Source of the DNA: Candidatus Giovannonibacteria bacterium
GTDB lineage: Bacteria > Patescibacteriota > Minisyncoccia > UBA11713 > 2-01-FULL-45-33
Direction: 5' to 3'
DNA: 64,000 nucleotides
Assembly: GCA_016432405.1 (NCBI GenBank)
Contig: CP066687.1
Span: 586,629 to 650,628, forward strand
In this document: positions 47,924-57,015 of the stretch, piece by piece
How positions within the stretch are numbered: the first letter of the stretch is position 1
Layout of the letters: the number at the start of each line of letters is the position of its first letter
Translations under genes and position numbers: made by a program
The notes under the pieces: generated by a model
What the model was told of the DNA's origin: nothing
The model's input: only the letters and a program-made list of their open reading frames with translations
Databases searched by the model: none

Positions 47924-49141
47924 CTACCTTAGCATTTCTTCAAAGTATCTGTCAAGTCCTGTGGCTGAACAGCGGATTTGTTTGCCGGCATCGCGGGCGC
48001 GGACGGTGACAGTATCATCTTCCAAGGTCTGGTAGTCAATCGTCACGCACCAGGGCGTGCCGATTTCGTCTTGGCTGTAATAACGTTTGCCGATGTTACC
48101 GCGGTCGTCCCACACAATGGGAAATGAGAAGTGAGAAGTTAGAAGTTTGAGATTTTCGTAAACTTCGCGCGCTTTTTTGACCAAGTTTTCTTTGTTGGAA
48201 ACAAGAGGAAACACAGCAACTTTTATAGGGGCGAGTTTCGGCGGGAGTGAAAGCAGAACCCGCTCTCCGTCTTCGCGGTATACCGACAAAAGCACGGCAA
48301 ACAAAGTCCTGCCCAATCCGAAAGTCGGCTCAATCACGTGCGGGATAAATTTCTCTCCCGAAACGGGGTCGGTATAGCGCAAATCAACCCCGGAGTATTC
48401 CATATGTCTCTTTAGGTCGTAATCACAGCGATACGCAAGGCCGTAAAGCTCTTTTTTGCCGAAAGGCCAGTCAAATTCAAAGTCAACTGTGCGCTTGGAA
48501 TAATGCGCCCGTTCCCCCTCCGGCACATCAAGCTCGTGGACTTTTTCTTTATCAATTCCGACCTCTTCTATCCAAGCCCGCATTTCTTTCCGCCATTCCT
48601 CAAAATATTTTTCCCATTCCGGCTCTTTCACAAAATATTCAAACTCCATCAAATCAAACTCTCGGACTCTAAAAAGAAAATCGCGCGGCGCGATTTCGTT
48701 CCTGAAGGCCTTGCCGATCTGGGCAATACCAAAGGGCAATTCGGGGCGCATGGTATCCAAAACGTTTTTAAAATTAACGAACATCCCCTGCGCGATTTCA
48801 GGCCGCAGATATGCGGCCTTCTTTTCGGGTTGAACCGCTCCAATCTCGGTTTTAAACATCAAGTTAAAACGCTGGCCTTCGCCGAGCGGGTCAGAAAATC
48901 CTTCCAAATGCCCAGAGGCCTCCCAGACACGCTCCGGCATTAAGACGCTGGAGGCAAGTCCGAACATGTCTTTGCGCGAGCTGACAAAACGTTTCCACCA
49001 GAGCTCCTTGATGTTGTGCGCTAGTTCCGCGCCCAAAGGACCCAAATCCCAAGTGCCGGCAAAGCCCCCGTAAATCTCCGACCCCGGGAAAATAAATCCC
49101 CTTCTTTTTGCAAGCGAAACTATTTTTTCCAAATCGGCCAT
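47924..49141 (-). CDS. glyQS: Glycyl-tRNA synthetase (alpha2 type)
   Basis: KRRGF...EIYGG, LRPE.AQG.F, FRNEI.PR, IGKRY..QDEIGTP. Confidence 0.95.
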   Translation of the reverse strand: MADLEKIVSLAKRRGFIFPGSEIYGGFAGTWDLGPLGAELAHNIKELWWKRFVSSRKDMFGLASSVLMPERVWEASGHLEGFSDPLGEGQRFNLMFKTEIGAVQPEKKAAYLRPEIAQGMFVNFKNVLDTMRPELPFGIAQIGKAFRNEIAPRDFLFRVREFDLMEFEYFVKEPEWEKYFEEWRKEMRAWIEEVGIDKEKVHELDVPEGERAHYSKRTVDFEFDWPFGKKELYGLAYRCDYDLKRHMEYSGVDLRYTDPVSGEKFIPHVIEPTFGLGRTLFAVLLSVYREDGERVLLSLPPKLAPIKVAVFPLVSNKENLVKKAREVYENLKLLTSHFSFPIVWDDRGNIGKRYYSQDEIGTPWCVTIDYQTLEDDTVTVRARDAGKQIRCSATGLDRYFEEMLR

Positions 49142-49150
49142 ACTCTGCGA

Positions 49151-51025
49151 TTATGGCACAACCCTTTTTTGATTTAAAGTGACATTCGGGTCGTCCGGCA
49201 AATCGGTGGTTATTTGCTCGTCCGAAGAAAACAAAATTTGGTTGGTGAACGTGTCCCTTCCGGAAGCCGAAACCTCGTTTATGATAACCGGAACCGTGTC
49301 CGCTTGGTTCGGCGAAGGCGTAAGGCCGACCTGAAAAGCAATCTGCGTCGCCGGGCGCAAAAATCCCGTGCCGGCCAACACTCTCCCCGCCTTCCAAATT
49401 ATTTCCCCGCTGGCTTTATCAAAAGACACATCCGCATCCCCCGGCAAAAGCGCGTTTTTGAAACTCATGTAAGGCGGCAGGGAGGACTTGACTACGACGT
49501 TGTCCAGGTCGTTCACCATGTTCGCCAAAGACCAAACTACGGTATAAGTGGTTTCCTCGCCGACTTTCGGCGGAAGAGGGCCGGTATTGGGCATCGGAGA
49601 GCTTGAGTAAAGCGCGCGCGAGATAATCTGCAGTTTTGAGGAAATTTTAACGTCGTAGGACGACTGGCCGGAAACGTCAACGCCCTCAAATCCGGGGACT
49701 TCCCCCGCGCCCGGCTTGAAAATCACGGTGATTTTTACGCTCGGCCGCGCCGAATCGCCGGAGAGCGGAAGCTGGCTTTTTATTTTGAAAGAAAAACTGA
49801 CGCTGTCTTCCTCTTCCGGAGCCAATACTTTAAATTTTTCATGCGTGGAAGCCGTCCACAAAACGCTCTTTGACGAATCGCGGTATGACCCGCCCTCAAC
49901 CCTTATTGACCCGATGTCAATCGGATTTCCAGCGCCTTCCATTTTCGCCTCCAAACTTGCGTTCTTCACCTCCGCGGGCAGATTGTTTTTTAATTTTAAA
50001 TCAATGGAAATCGTGTCGCCCGGGTAACTCACATAAGTATTCTGCCCATTCGCCAAAATGGCCGCTTCCATAAAAGGCGCGCGCAGAGTAACGGACTCCG
50101 AGGTCTCATCGTAAGGAAGAATCTGCTCGCCGTCGCCTTGTTGGAAACCCAAAACCGCCCTGAAAATTTTTGATTCCAAATTACTGCCCCTGATTATGCC
50201 TTTTATTTTAATAATTCCGGTCTGGGAGGGCTTCAGATCACCGACAACCCAAATATTTTTGTTTTTTGTCGGCGCAGGAGAAGCGGAAAGATACTCAAAG
50301 CCCTCCGGCAAAAAAACGCTCAAGAGAAGGTTCGGCACGGTCTCTTCCGATTGCGAGCCATAATTCACTTCCAGCTCAACTTGCTGGCCTATGCGCAAAT
50401 CCGGGGGAATTTTAAACGAAACCGCAACCGCAGAGCGCGCTATGGAAAACCTAAAGGCCGTGTCGGACGCAAAAACCGCGCTGCTCTCTTTGGGCCGATA
50501 TTCCAAGACGGCGGAAACTTCTTTGCTCTGGCCTCTGCCGCCGAAAACGTAGGCGTCAAAGCTCTCAAAAACGCTTTCCCCCGGGCGGAGCGGCCCCAGC
50601 GAACGGCGCTCCCGAAAAACGCCTTTGGGCGGCTGGCCGCTTATTGGCACTGCGCCCTCCGGGAAATTAAAAATCAAAGCCGCGTCTTCCAAAGCGGAAC
50701 TATTTTTATTGGTAATCCTCACTTGCCAGGTGATTTTGTCTCCACTTTTTATATCTTTGGCGCCCTCTATTTTTATCTCAACCCTTTCGGAATTAAAAAT
50801 CGCCGGCGAGCCGAATATAAAAAATAAAATTCCCAATAAGACCAAAATTGCAACAGCGGCCAGCGACCACAAAAACCACTTGCTCCTTTTGGCCTCCATG
50901 GCAGTTTCCCGCCAGAAAATTGTTTTTAATCTCTGCGGGCGCGCAAGCTCCGGAGGAACTATTCTCTCCCCGAAACTTTCTTTTTCTTTGTAAAGCCGTT
51001 TTTTTAATTCTTCAAGTGAGGCCAC
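49151..51025 (-). CDS. Membrane-anchored extracellular beta-sandwich repeat protein
   Basis: Single N-terminal TM, repeated Ig-like segments, GPLPPKVGEETTY. Confidence 0.75.
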   Translation of the reverse strand: MASLEELKKRLYKEKESFGERIVPPELARPQRLKTIFWRETAMEAKRSKWFLWSLAAVAILVLLGILFFIFGSPAIFNSERVEIKIEGAKDIKSGDKITWQVRITNKNSSALEDAALIFNFPEGAVPISGQPPKGVFRERRSLGPLRPGESVFESFDAYVFGGRGQSKEVSAVLEYRPKESSAVFASDTAFRFSIARSAVAVSFKIPPDLRIGQQVELEVNYGSQSEETVPNLLLSVFLPEGFEYLSASPAPTKNKNIWVVGDLKPSQTGIIKIKGIIRGSNLESKIFRAVLGFQQGDGEQILPYDETSESVTLRAPFMEAAILANGQNTYVSYPGDTISIDLKLKNNLPAEVKNASLEAKMEGAGNPIDIGSIRVEGGSYRDSSKSVLWTASTHEKFKVLAPEEEDSVSFSFKIKSQLPLSGDSARPSVKITVIFKPGAGEVPGFEGVDVSGQSSYDVKISSKLQIISRALYSSSPMPNTGPLPPKVGEETTYTVVWSLANMVNDLDNVVVKSSLPPYMSFKNALLPGDADVSFDKASGEIIWKAGRVLAGTGFLRPATQIAFQVGLTPSPNQADTVPVIINEVSASGRDTFTNQILFSSDEQITTDLPDDPNVTLNQKRVVP

Positions 51026-51504
51026 AACTTTATTATACGCTCTTCAAATTCCGGTGGCAAAGTGCCGCCGTAGCCCTCATGTTTAAAAAAGTCGCGGAGA
51101 AAATTGAGCGCCTCAACCTCACTTTTTGATGTTTTAAAAAAATCCAGCAGAATAAAAAATAATTTCTCGTCCGAAGCCCCCGGAAAAATAACCACGTCAA
51201 TCACCTGTAAAATTCTGCCCATAACGGAAAGCTTGTCCGCGTCCGAAAACCAATCATTATATTTAGCGATAATCTCGGCGTCCATCAATGTCGGAATTCT
51301 TTCTCCATTTTTAACGAATTGCATGCGGATATGGTTTAAAGTATCCAAATGCGGATTCAGCTTTGAAGCGGTTTTCCGAGCTCCTTTCGCGAGCGCGTCC
51401 ATCTTGCCGAAATCGCGCGTTAAAACCCTCACCAAAAAATCCGCCTCTCCAAACGGCATTTTTTTAATAATCAATCCTTCAGTTTTAAAGTATTCGCTCG
51501 CCAT
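51004..51504 (-). CDS. recO: DNA repair protein RecO (short)
   Basis: GEAD...LTRDFGK..A.AKGARK..SKL. Confidence 0.88.
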   Translation of the reverse strand: MASEYFKTEGLIIKKMPFGEADFLVRVLTRDFGKMDALAKGARKTASKLNPHLDTLNHIRMQFVKNGERIPTLMDAEIIAKYNDWFSDADKLSVMGRILQVIDVVIFPGASDEKLFFILLDFFKTSKSEVEALNFLRDFFKHEGYGGTLPPEFEERIIKLWPHLKN

Positions 51505-51523
51505 GCTACATTATTAAGTGTAT

Positions 51524-52168
51524 ATGAATAACGACTATCTCGTAAAACCAAAAAGGGCAAATGGGGCGGGAGTTGTGCTCATCCAGGAATGGTGGGGCGT
51601 GAACCAGCAGATAAAAGGCGTGGCCGACCGCCTGGCCGGCGAGGGCTACTTCGTATTGGCAGTTGACTTGTACGAAGGCAAAATCACGGAGAGGCCCGAG
51701 GAAGCCGAGGAAATGAAAAACGCCGTAAAAGACGAGTTCGCGCTCCGAAGAGTCGGCGAAGCCATAGAAAAGTTAAAATCGGAGGGCATCGCGCCGGCAA
51801 AAACCGCGGTGTGGGGATTTTGTTTTGGAGGGTCAGTTGCTTTCAAATCCGCGGCGGCGGACTTGGGCGCCGGGGCTTACGTAATTTACTACGGCAGCAT
51901 GGTTACCGACGACAAAGCGGTTTTGGCCAAAATCCAAAAACCAATCTTGGGAATCTTCGGCGGGCAGGACAAGGCCATCCCGCAGCTATTAGTGGAGAGC
52001 TTTCAAAAAAATCTAAACGAGCTCGGAAAAACAAATGAAATCTACGTTTATCCCGAAGCCGACCATGCGTTTTTCAACGAAGAGCGTCCAAAATACAATG
52101 CCGCCGCCTCTGCCGATTGCTGGGGCAAAACCCTTGCTTTCTTCAAAAAACACCTAAAGATATCTTAA
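51524..52168 (+). CDS. Dienelactone hydrolase family protein
   Basis: IQEWWG, GFCFGG, G.D, A.HAF.N. Confidence 0.92.
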   Translation: MNNDYLVKPKRANGAGVVLIQEWWGVNQQIKGVADRLAGEGYFVLAVDLYEGKITERPEEAEEMKNAVKDEFALRRVGEAIEKLKSEGIAPAKTAVWGFCFGGSVAFKSAAADLGAGAYVIYYGSMVTDDKAVLAKIQKPILGIFGGQDKAIPQLLVESFQKNLNELGKTNEIYVYPEADHAFFNEERPKYNAAASADCWGKTLAFFKKHLKIS

Positions 52169-52256
52169 GCTCCTGCGATTCATGCAGGGTGATTGATTTC
52201 AGATTCGTCTCTTTGGCTAAAGTTTTTTCGTTCTTTTTGGCGGCTTCTAAAATTTC
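52143..52256 (-). repeat. Remnant diverged copy of ileS 3' end
   Basis: EILEAAKKNEKTLAKETNLKSITLHESQELKISL vs IleRS ETLEIAKKHEKDLIKETNLKSLQFSESQETKISL, 24/34 aa identical. Confidence 0.88.
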
Positions 52257-52257
52257 T

Positions 52258-52506
52258 TTATTTTCTATAATGTTTAGTGATCTGGAAAATCTCTAATTCC
52301 TCATCTTCAATGAAATACAGCGCTCGATATTTTTTATCAATCCGAAAAGAATAAATGCCGCGATGCTTCGGCTCCATAAGTTCCGAATTAAGCGACGGAT
52401 GTTGAGGATTTATTAAAAACAAAGCAACGGCTTTTTGCCATTTCTTTTCAAGACGCCATTTTTTGATTCGCCGCAAGACGTGCTTTCCAAGTGGCCTAAG
52501 TCTCAT
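52258..52506 (-). CDS. RelE/ParE-like toxin
   Basis: NPQHPSL, YSFRIDKKYRA, H near C-terminus. Confidence 0.8.
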   Translation of the reverse strand: MRLRPLGKHVLRRIKKWRLEKKWQKAVALFLINPQHPSLNSELMEPKHRGIYSFRIDKKYRALYFIEDEELEIFQITKHYRK

Positions 52507-52715
52507 TTTTTGGCTTTACTGGATTTTTCTAGTCCGCTTTTTAAGTCGCGCAGAAAAAGCTGGGAATATAGCCCGGTTTTCTTAAAATCTTCCACGATTT
52601 CGCTTATCGGTTCTGATTTAATTTTTTGAAAAAAAACGCCAGCAAGCTCTTCGTATGCTTGAGCTCTCTTTCGTAAAACATCGTATTCTAGTTTTGGGAT
52701 GGTAACAGTACTCAT
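52503..52715 (-). CDS. Cognate antitoxin
   Basis: MSTVTIPKLEY; stop overlaps toxin ATG. Confidence 0.7.
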   Translation of the reverse strand: MSTVTIPKLEYDVLRKRAQAYEELAGVFFQKIKSEPISEIVEDFKKTGLYSQLFLRDLKSGLEKSSKAKK

Positions 52716-52753
52716 TGCCAAAAGGATAGCATAATATGACAGCGTTTCAAGTC

Positions 52754-52782
52754 TTGACAGATAAACTAATTGGGTGTATAAT
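52754..52782 (+). promoter_or_regulatory. Consensus sigma70 promoter
   Basis: TTGACA-N17-TATAAT. Confidence 0.8.
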
Positions 52783-52844
52783 GGAGCCAGGCACATTGGA
52801 ATAGGCGTAAATATAGGCTCAAATCAAAAAGGAGGGGGTTATTT

Positions 52845-53174
52845 ATGAAGAAGATTTTTGGCGTAATTCTTGGAGTTGTGATCAGTGCGGCAATCTACTT
52901 TAATATAGGCTACGCTGCCGCAAAACTCTGGGATAATGTTTGCGTAAATGGCGGCAAGGCCACAACCACAATGGAAAAAGTGATCACGATAGACGGCGAC
53001 TTGCTGTTGCAAAATTGTGATAACAACAGAGGGAATGCTGGGCATATGGACAACGTAAACTTTATCGCGCACACAATATTCTGGCCATTCTTTTCCGTTG
53101 TACTCCCATTGCTTGATTATGCAATCTATTACATTTTCTTCGGTGGCATGGTTAAGCTTATTGGATTGGGGTAA
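52845..53174 (+). CDS. Orphan two-TM membrane protein
   Basis: SD AAAAGGAGG, promoter upstream, hairpin 53191-53221 downstream. Confidence 0.7.
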   Translation: MKKIFGVILGVVISAAIYFNIGYAAAKLWDNVCVNGGKATTTMEKVITIDGDLLLQNCDNNRGNAGHMDNVNFIAHTIFWPFFSVVLPLLDYAIYYIFFGGMVKLIGLG

Positions 53175-53223
53175 TGACAGCATTTTTCTCAAGGGGCAGC
53201 GGAAATCAAACGCTCCCCTTTTT

Positions 53224-56200
53224 CTATTGCAGCGAAATTTTTGTTTCTTGAGATTCGGAAAATTGGAGAGACTTTAAGTTTGTTTCTTTAATTAAATCTT
53301 TTTCGTGTTTTTTGGCAATCTCTAAAGTTTCTCTGGGCAAGGAAATTTGGGCGGCAACTTTATCTTTTGGTTTAAGCCCCGCGGCCTTCCTTGCGGCTTG
53401 AATTTCGCGGATGAGGTCGCGGAGGATTCCTTCTTCGCGAAGTTCGGGGGTGATTTTGAGATCAAGCTCGAATGGAGGGGCATCTTGACCTCTGCCTTTT
53501 TCTAAAACAACTTCTTTAACATTGATTTCGTCTTTCAAAATTTTCACAAGTTCATCCCAATACTTCGGCGCTTTGCCGTCGTATTTAATTGAAAACCTTT
53601 GTAGTGGCTGGCGCACTCTTATATTTTCTTCCGCGCGTTTCGTTAATGCCGTAGACGCAAATGATCTTACAAAACTCATGCCGCTCAACAAATCCGTGTC
53701 TATTTTTTTATTTGAGGAAGGCCAATCCTCCAAATGCACGCTATTTTTATTCCCGAGCTCCATCCATATCTTTTCGGAAATAAACGGCGCGAAGGGCGCG
53801 AGGAGTTTTGAAACTTCACCCAAAAGATATGCCAAAACGGAGCTGGTTTCTCCGACGCTCGGCTTTGCCGAGGTCGGAGCCCCGACTCCTTCAGACGTCG
53901 GGGCTTTCATCACATCGCGAATTCTGCGGACATACCAGCGCGAGACATCTTCAACGATAAAATTTTCCAAATCACGCGCCGCGCCGACGATGTCGTAGGC
54001 GTCCAGTTTTTTTGTGACGATATTAATTGTTTCTTGGAGTTTGAGAGTGGCCCAGCGGTTAATCAATAACCCCACCCTCTCCCCCCCTCCCCTTCGTAAG
54101 GGGAGGGGGTTGGGGGAGAGGTTGCCTCCACCGCTCCTGCTGCCGCCAATTTTCTCGTAAAGTTTCCAAAATTGCAGCACGTTCCACAAAATCATGAAAA
54201 ATCTCCGCGAAGCGTCCTTGACGTCTTCATCTTTGAAAAATTTGGAATCCCACGGCTGGTTGATTGTAAAAAAATACCAGCGCGTCGCGTCCGCCCCGTA
54301 TTTTTCTATCAGCGCCATCGGGTCAACGACGTTCCCCAGCGACTTGGACATTTTCTTGCCATTTTTATCCAAAACATGCCCGAGCGAAATCGCGTTTTTA
54401 TACGGCGCACTTTTGCCCAAAAGAGCGCTTACGGCCAAAAGACCATAAAACCACCCCCGCGTCTGGTCTACCGCTTCAACTATATAATCAGCAGGGTAAT
54501 TTAATTTTTTAGTTTCAAACGGATAATGATTTTGCGCAAAAGGCATACTTCCGGAATCAAACCACGCGTCAATCACCTCCGGAATTCTCCGCATCTCGCC
54601 TCCGCATCCACATTTCAGTTTAACGTCGTCAATAAAGGGCTTATGTAAATCCAGAACTAAATTTTCGTCCCGCGGGAGCGCTGAAAAGTTAGGGCTTAAT
54701 TCAATAAACTCCGCGGTTTTTACAAACTGGGGGCGCTTTTCGCTTTCCAGAAGCGACTCCGTATTATTTTTGCCTTCCGCAGCCGCCCAAAGCATCCAAA
54801 TAGAATCCTCGTGGCTTATTATTAAAATAGTTTTATTTTTATACCTTGATTCAATCTCGGAAAACGCATCCCAAACCCTTTTTTTAACGTCCATAAACGA
54901 TTCCCCGCCCGGCGGAGCTTTTGTGAATTTATCCAACGGATTTTTATAATAAACGTGATATTTGGCAGGGTCAGTATCATCAAAAATCCCCCAATATGCT
55001 TCCCCGAACCGTGGGTCAATTTTGACATTTTCCTGACTCACCCCCAACTTTTCTCCAAGAATCCGCGCGGTTTCCTGCGCGCGCAAAAACGGCGAGGCGA
55101 AAATAATGTCTATCTTGATTTTTTTCTTGAGCATCTCATCTGCCGCCGCCCCAACTTGTTTTCTACCCCGCTCGGTGAGGCGGTAATGGTTTTTATTGAT
55201 GTCGCCATTGACAATGTTTTTTACATTGCTTTCTGCCTCGCCGTGTCTCATTACAAAATATCTGTTTCCGGAAGTCACTGCGCGTTTTTTTAATTCCTCA
55301 ATTGAGCCGACGGCTTCCCATTTTCCGCATCCGCCAGCTGGCGGACCGCACTTCCAAACCGGCAAGGGCGTTCCCCAAAACCGCTCGCGGGAAAAAGCCC
55401 AGTTCTTTTTTTCTTTCAGCCACTCGCCCATTCGCCCGTCTTTAATATGCGAAGGAAGCCAATTTATTTTTTGATTATTTCGCAAAAGCTTCGGCCTGAC
55501 GGCGTTTACATCCACCCACCAGGTTTTGCGCGCAAGGTACATCAGCGGATTTTTACATCGCCAGCAAAATGGATAATCATGTTCGTATGACTCGGTTTTA
55601 AAAAGAAGCCCGCGCGATTTTAAATCGTCAATTATCATCTTGTCCGCTTTTTTGAACCACAAATTATTCCACGGCTTTCCTGGAGTTTGCATAATGCCCT
55701 GTTCGCTTGTCGTAGCAAGAACAGGCAAATCATATTTTTTGGAGAGCGAAAAATCGTCGTCTCCGAAAGCCGGCGCTATATGCACTATTCCCGTTCCTTC
55801 CTCGGTTGAAACAAAATCTCCGGCAACAACACGGCATGGCGCCTTATTTGGATAAAGCGGTTCGTATTTTAGACCAACCAAGTCGGCTCCTTTGATTTTT
55901 TTAATAATTTTGTAATCTGCGCCGATGATTTTAATTCGCTCTTCGGCTAACACCAACTTCTCGCCTCTAATCTCTAACATCACATATTCAACTTTCGGAT
56001 TTACCGCCAAAGCAACGTTCCCCGGCAGAGTCCAGGGAGTTGTGGTCCAGACAAGAAAGTAAGAGTTTGGAAATTGGAAACCTGCCCGTCCGGCAGGCGG
56101 GTTGGAAATTGGAAATTTAACGTATACCGATTCTTCTTTTACTTCTTCATACCCCTGCGCAAGCTCATGTGAAGAAAGCGCTGTCCCGCAGCGCGCGCAC

Positions 56201-56709
56201 CAAGGAACAACTTTGTAGTCCTCGTACAAATACTTTTTTTGGGCAAATTCTTTGATAACCCACCAGAGAGATTCTACATAATTATTTTCATAAGTGATAT
56301 AAGGATGCGCCATGTCTATCCAAAAGCCCATCCGGGCAGTCAGCTTTTCCCAAAGTTCTTTGTATTTCCAAACCGACTCTCGGCATTTTTTATTGAAAGC
56401 GGCAACGCCGAATTTTTCTATGTCTTTTTTATTTTTCAGCCCCAAGGTTTTTTCCACTTCAACTTCAACAGGTAACCCGTGGGTGTCCCACCCCGCGCGG
56501 CGCGGCGCGAAAAAACCCTTCATGGTTTTGTATCTTAAAACTACATCCTTAAACGCGCGCGATTCAACGTGGTGCACGCCGGGAACGCCGTTGGCCGTCG
56601 GCGGCCCTTCAAAAAAAACGAAGTTTTTTTTACCCTTTCTTTTAGAAACGGACTTCTCAAAAATCTTATTTTTCTCCCAAAATTCCAAAATTTCCTTTTC
56701 ATCAAACAT
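53224..56709 (-). CDS. ileS: Isoleucyl-tRNA synthetase (type 2-like) with inserted histidine-phosphatase domain
   Basis: EGPPTANG, GWDTHGLP, WTTTPWTLP, KMSKS; insert RHGE...SP..RA.ETA...SH. Confidence 0.95.
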   Translation of the reverse strand: MFDEKEILEFWEKNKIFEKSVSKRKGKKNFVFFEGPPTANGVPGVHHVESRAFKDVVLRYKTMKGFFAPRRAGWDTHGLPVEVEVEKTLGLKNKKDIEKFGVAAFNKKCRESVWKYKELWEKLTARMGFWIDMAHPYITYENNYVESLWWVIKEFAQKKYLYEDYKVVPWCARCGTALSSHELAQGYEEVKEESVYVKFPISNPPAGRAGFQFPNSYFLVWTTTPWTLPGNVALAVNPKVEYVMLEIRGEKLVLAEERIKIIGADYKIIKKIKGADLVGLKYEPLYPNKAPCRVVAGDFVSTEEGTGIVHIAPAFGDDDFSLSKKYDLPVLATTSEQGIMQTPGKPWNNLWFKKADKMIIDDLKSRGLLFKTESYEHDYPFCWRCKNPLMYLARKTWWVDVNAVRPKLLRNNQKINWLPSHIKDGRMGEWLKEKKNWAFSRERFWGTPLPVWKCGPPAGGCGKWEAVGSIEELKKRAVTSGNRYFVMRHGEAESNVKNIVNGDINKNHYRLTERGRKQVGAAADEMLKKKIKIDIIFASPFLRAQETARILGEKLGVSQENVKIDPRFGEAYWGIFDDTDPAKYHVYYKNPLDKFTKAPPGGESFMDVKKRVWDAFSEIESRYKNKTILIISHEDSIWMLWAAAEGKNNTESLLESEKRPQFVKTAEFIELSPNFSALPRDENLVLDLHKPFIDDVKLKCGCGGEMRRIPEVIDAWFDSGSMPFAQNHYPFETKKLNYPADYIVEAVDQTRGWFYGLLAVSALLGKSAPYKNAISLGHVLDKNGKKMSKSLGNVVDPMALIEKYGADATRWYFFTINQPWDSKFFKDEDVKDASRRFFMILWNVLQFWKLYEKIGGSRSGGGNLSPNPLPLRRGGGERVGLLINRWATLKLQETINIVTKKLDAYDIVGAARDLENFIVEDVSRWYVRRIRDVMKAPTSEGVGAPTSAKPSVGETSSVLAYLLGEVSKLLAPFAPFISEKIWMELGNKNSVHLEDWPSSNKKIDTDLLSGMSFVRSFASTALTKRAEENIRVRQPLQRFSIKYDGKAPKYWDELVKILKDEINVKEVVLEKGRGQDAPPFELDLKITPELREEGILRDLIREIQAARKAAGLKPKDKVAAQISLPRETLEIAKKHEKDLIKETNLKSLQFSESQETKISLQ

Positions 56710-56710
56710 A

Positions 56711-57015
56711 CCAGGTAGTAGAACTTCGCGTTATGCTTTATAAAAATATTCTTTTAATCGACGCTTTAACATTCTAGCGCCAATATTGGTTTTTAGATAT
56801 TTTTCTCGACGCCCAGCATCAACCTTATTAAGACACGCCTCGTAATAAATAAGCCGCCACGGCCGAAATGGCTTGGTCGAAAAATTAAGTCCTCGATTAT
56901 GTTCATCCAACCTTTTCCTAAGGTCGTTCGTGTAACCTATGTACAACTTGCTATTTTTTATGCTTTCCAACACGTAAACATAGAACATAATCGGACGCGA
57001 AGTTTCACTACCTGG
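56711..57015. mobile_element. GIY-YIG cassette bounded by 21-bp inverted repeats
   Basis: CCAGGTAGTAGAACTTCGCGT (56711-56731) vs reverse complement of 56995-57015, 19/21 match. Confidence 0.6.
56731..56988 (-). CDS. Small GIY-YIG nuclease
   Basis: FYVYVL...LYIGYT.DL.KRL.EHN.G...REKYLK. Confidence 0.9.
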   Translation of the reverse strand: MFYVYVLESIKNSKLYIGYTNDLRKRLDEHNRGLNFSTKPFRPWRLIYYEACLNKVDAGRREKYLKTNIGARMLKRRLKEYFYKA

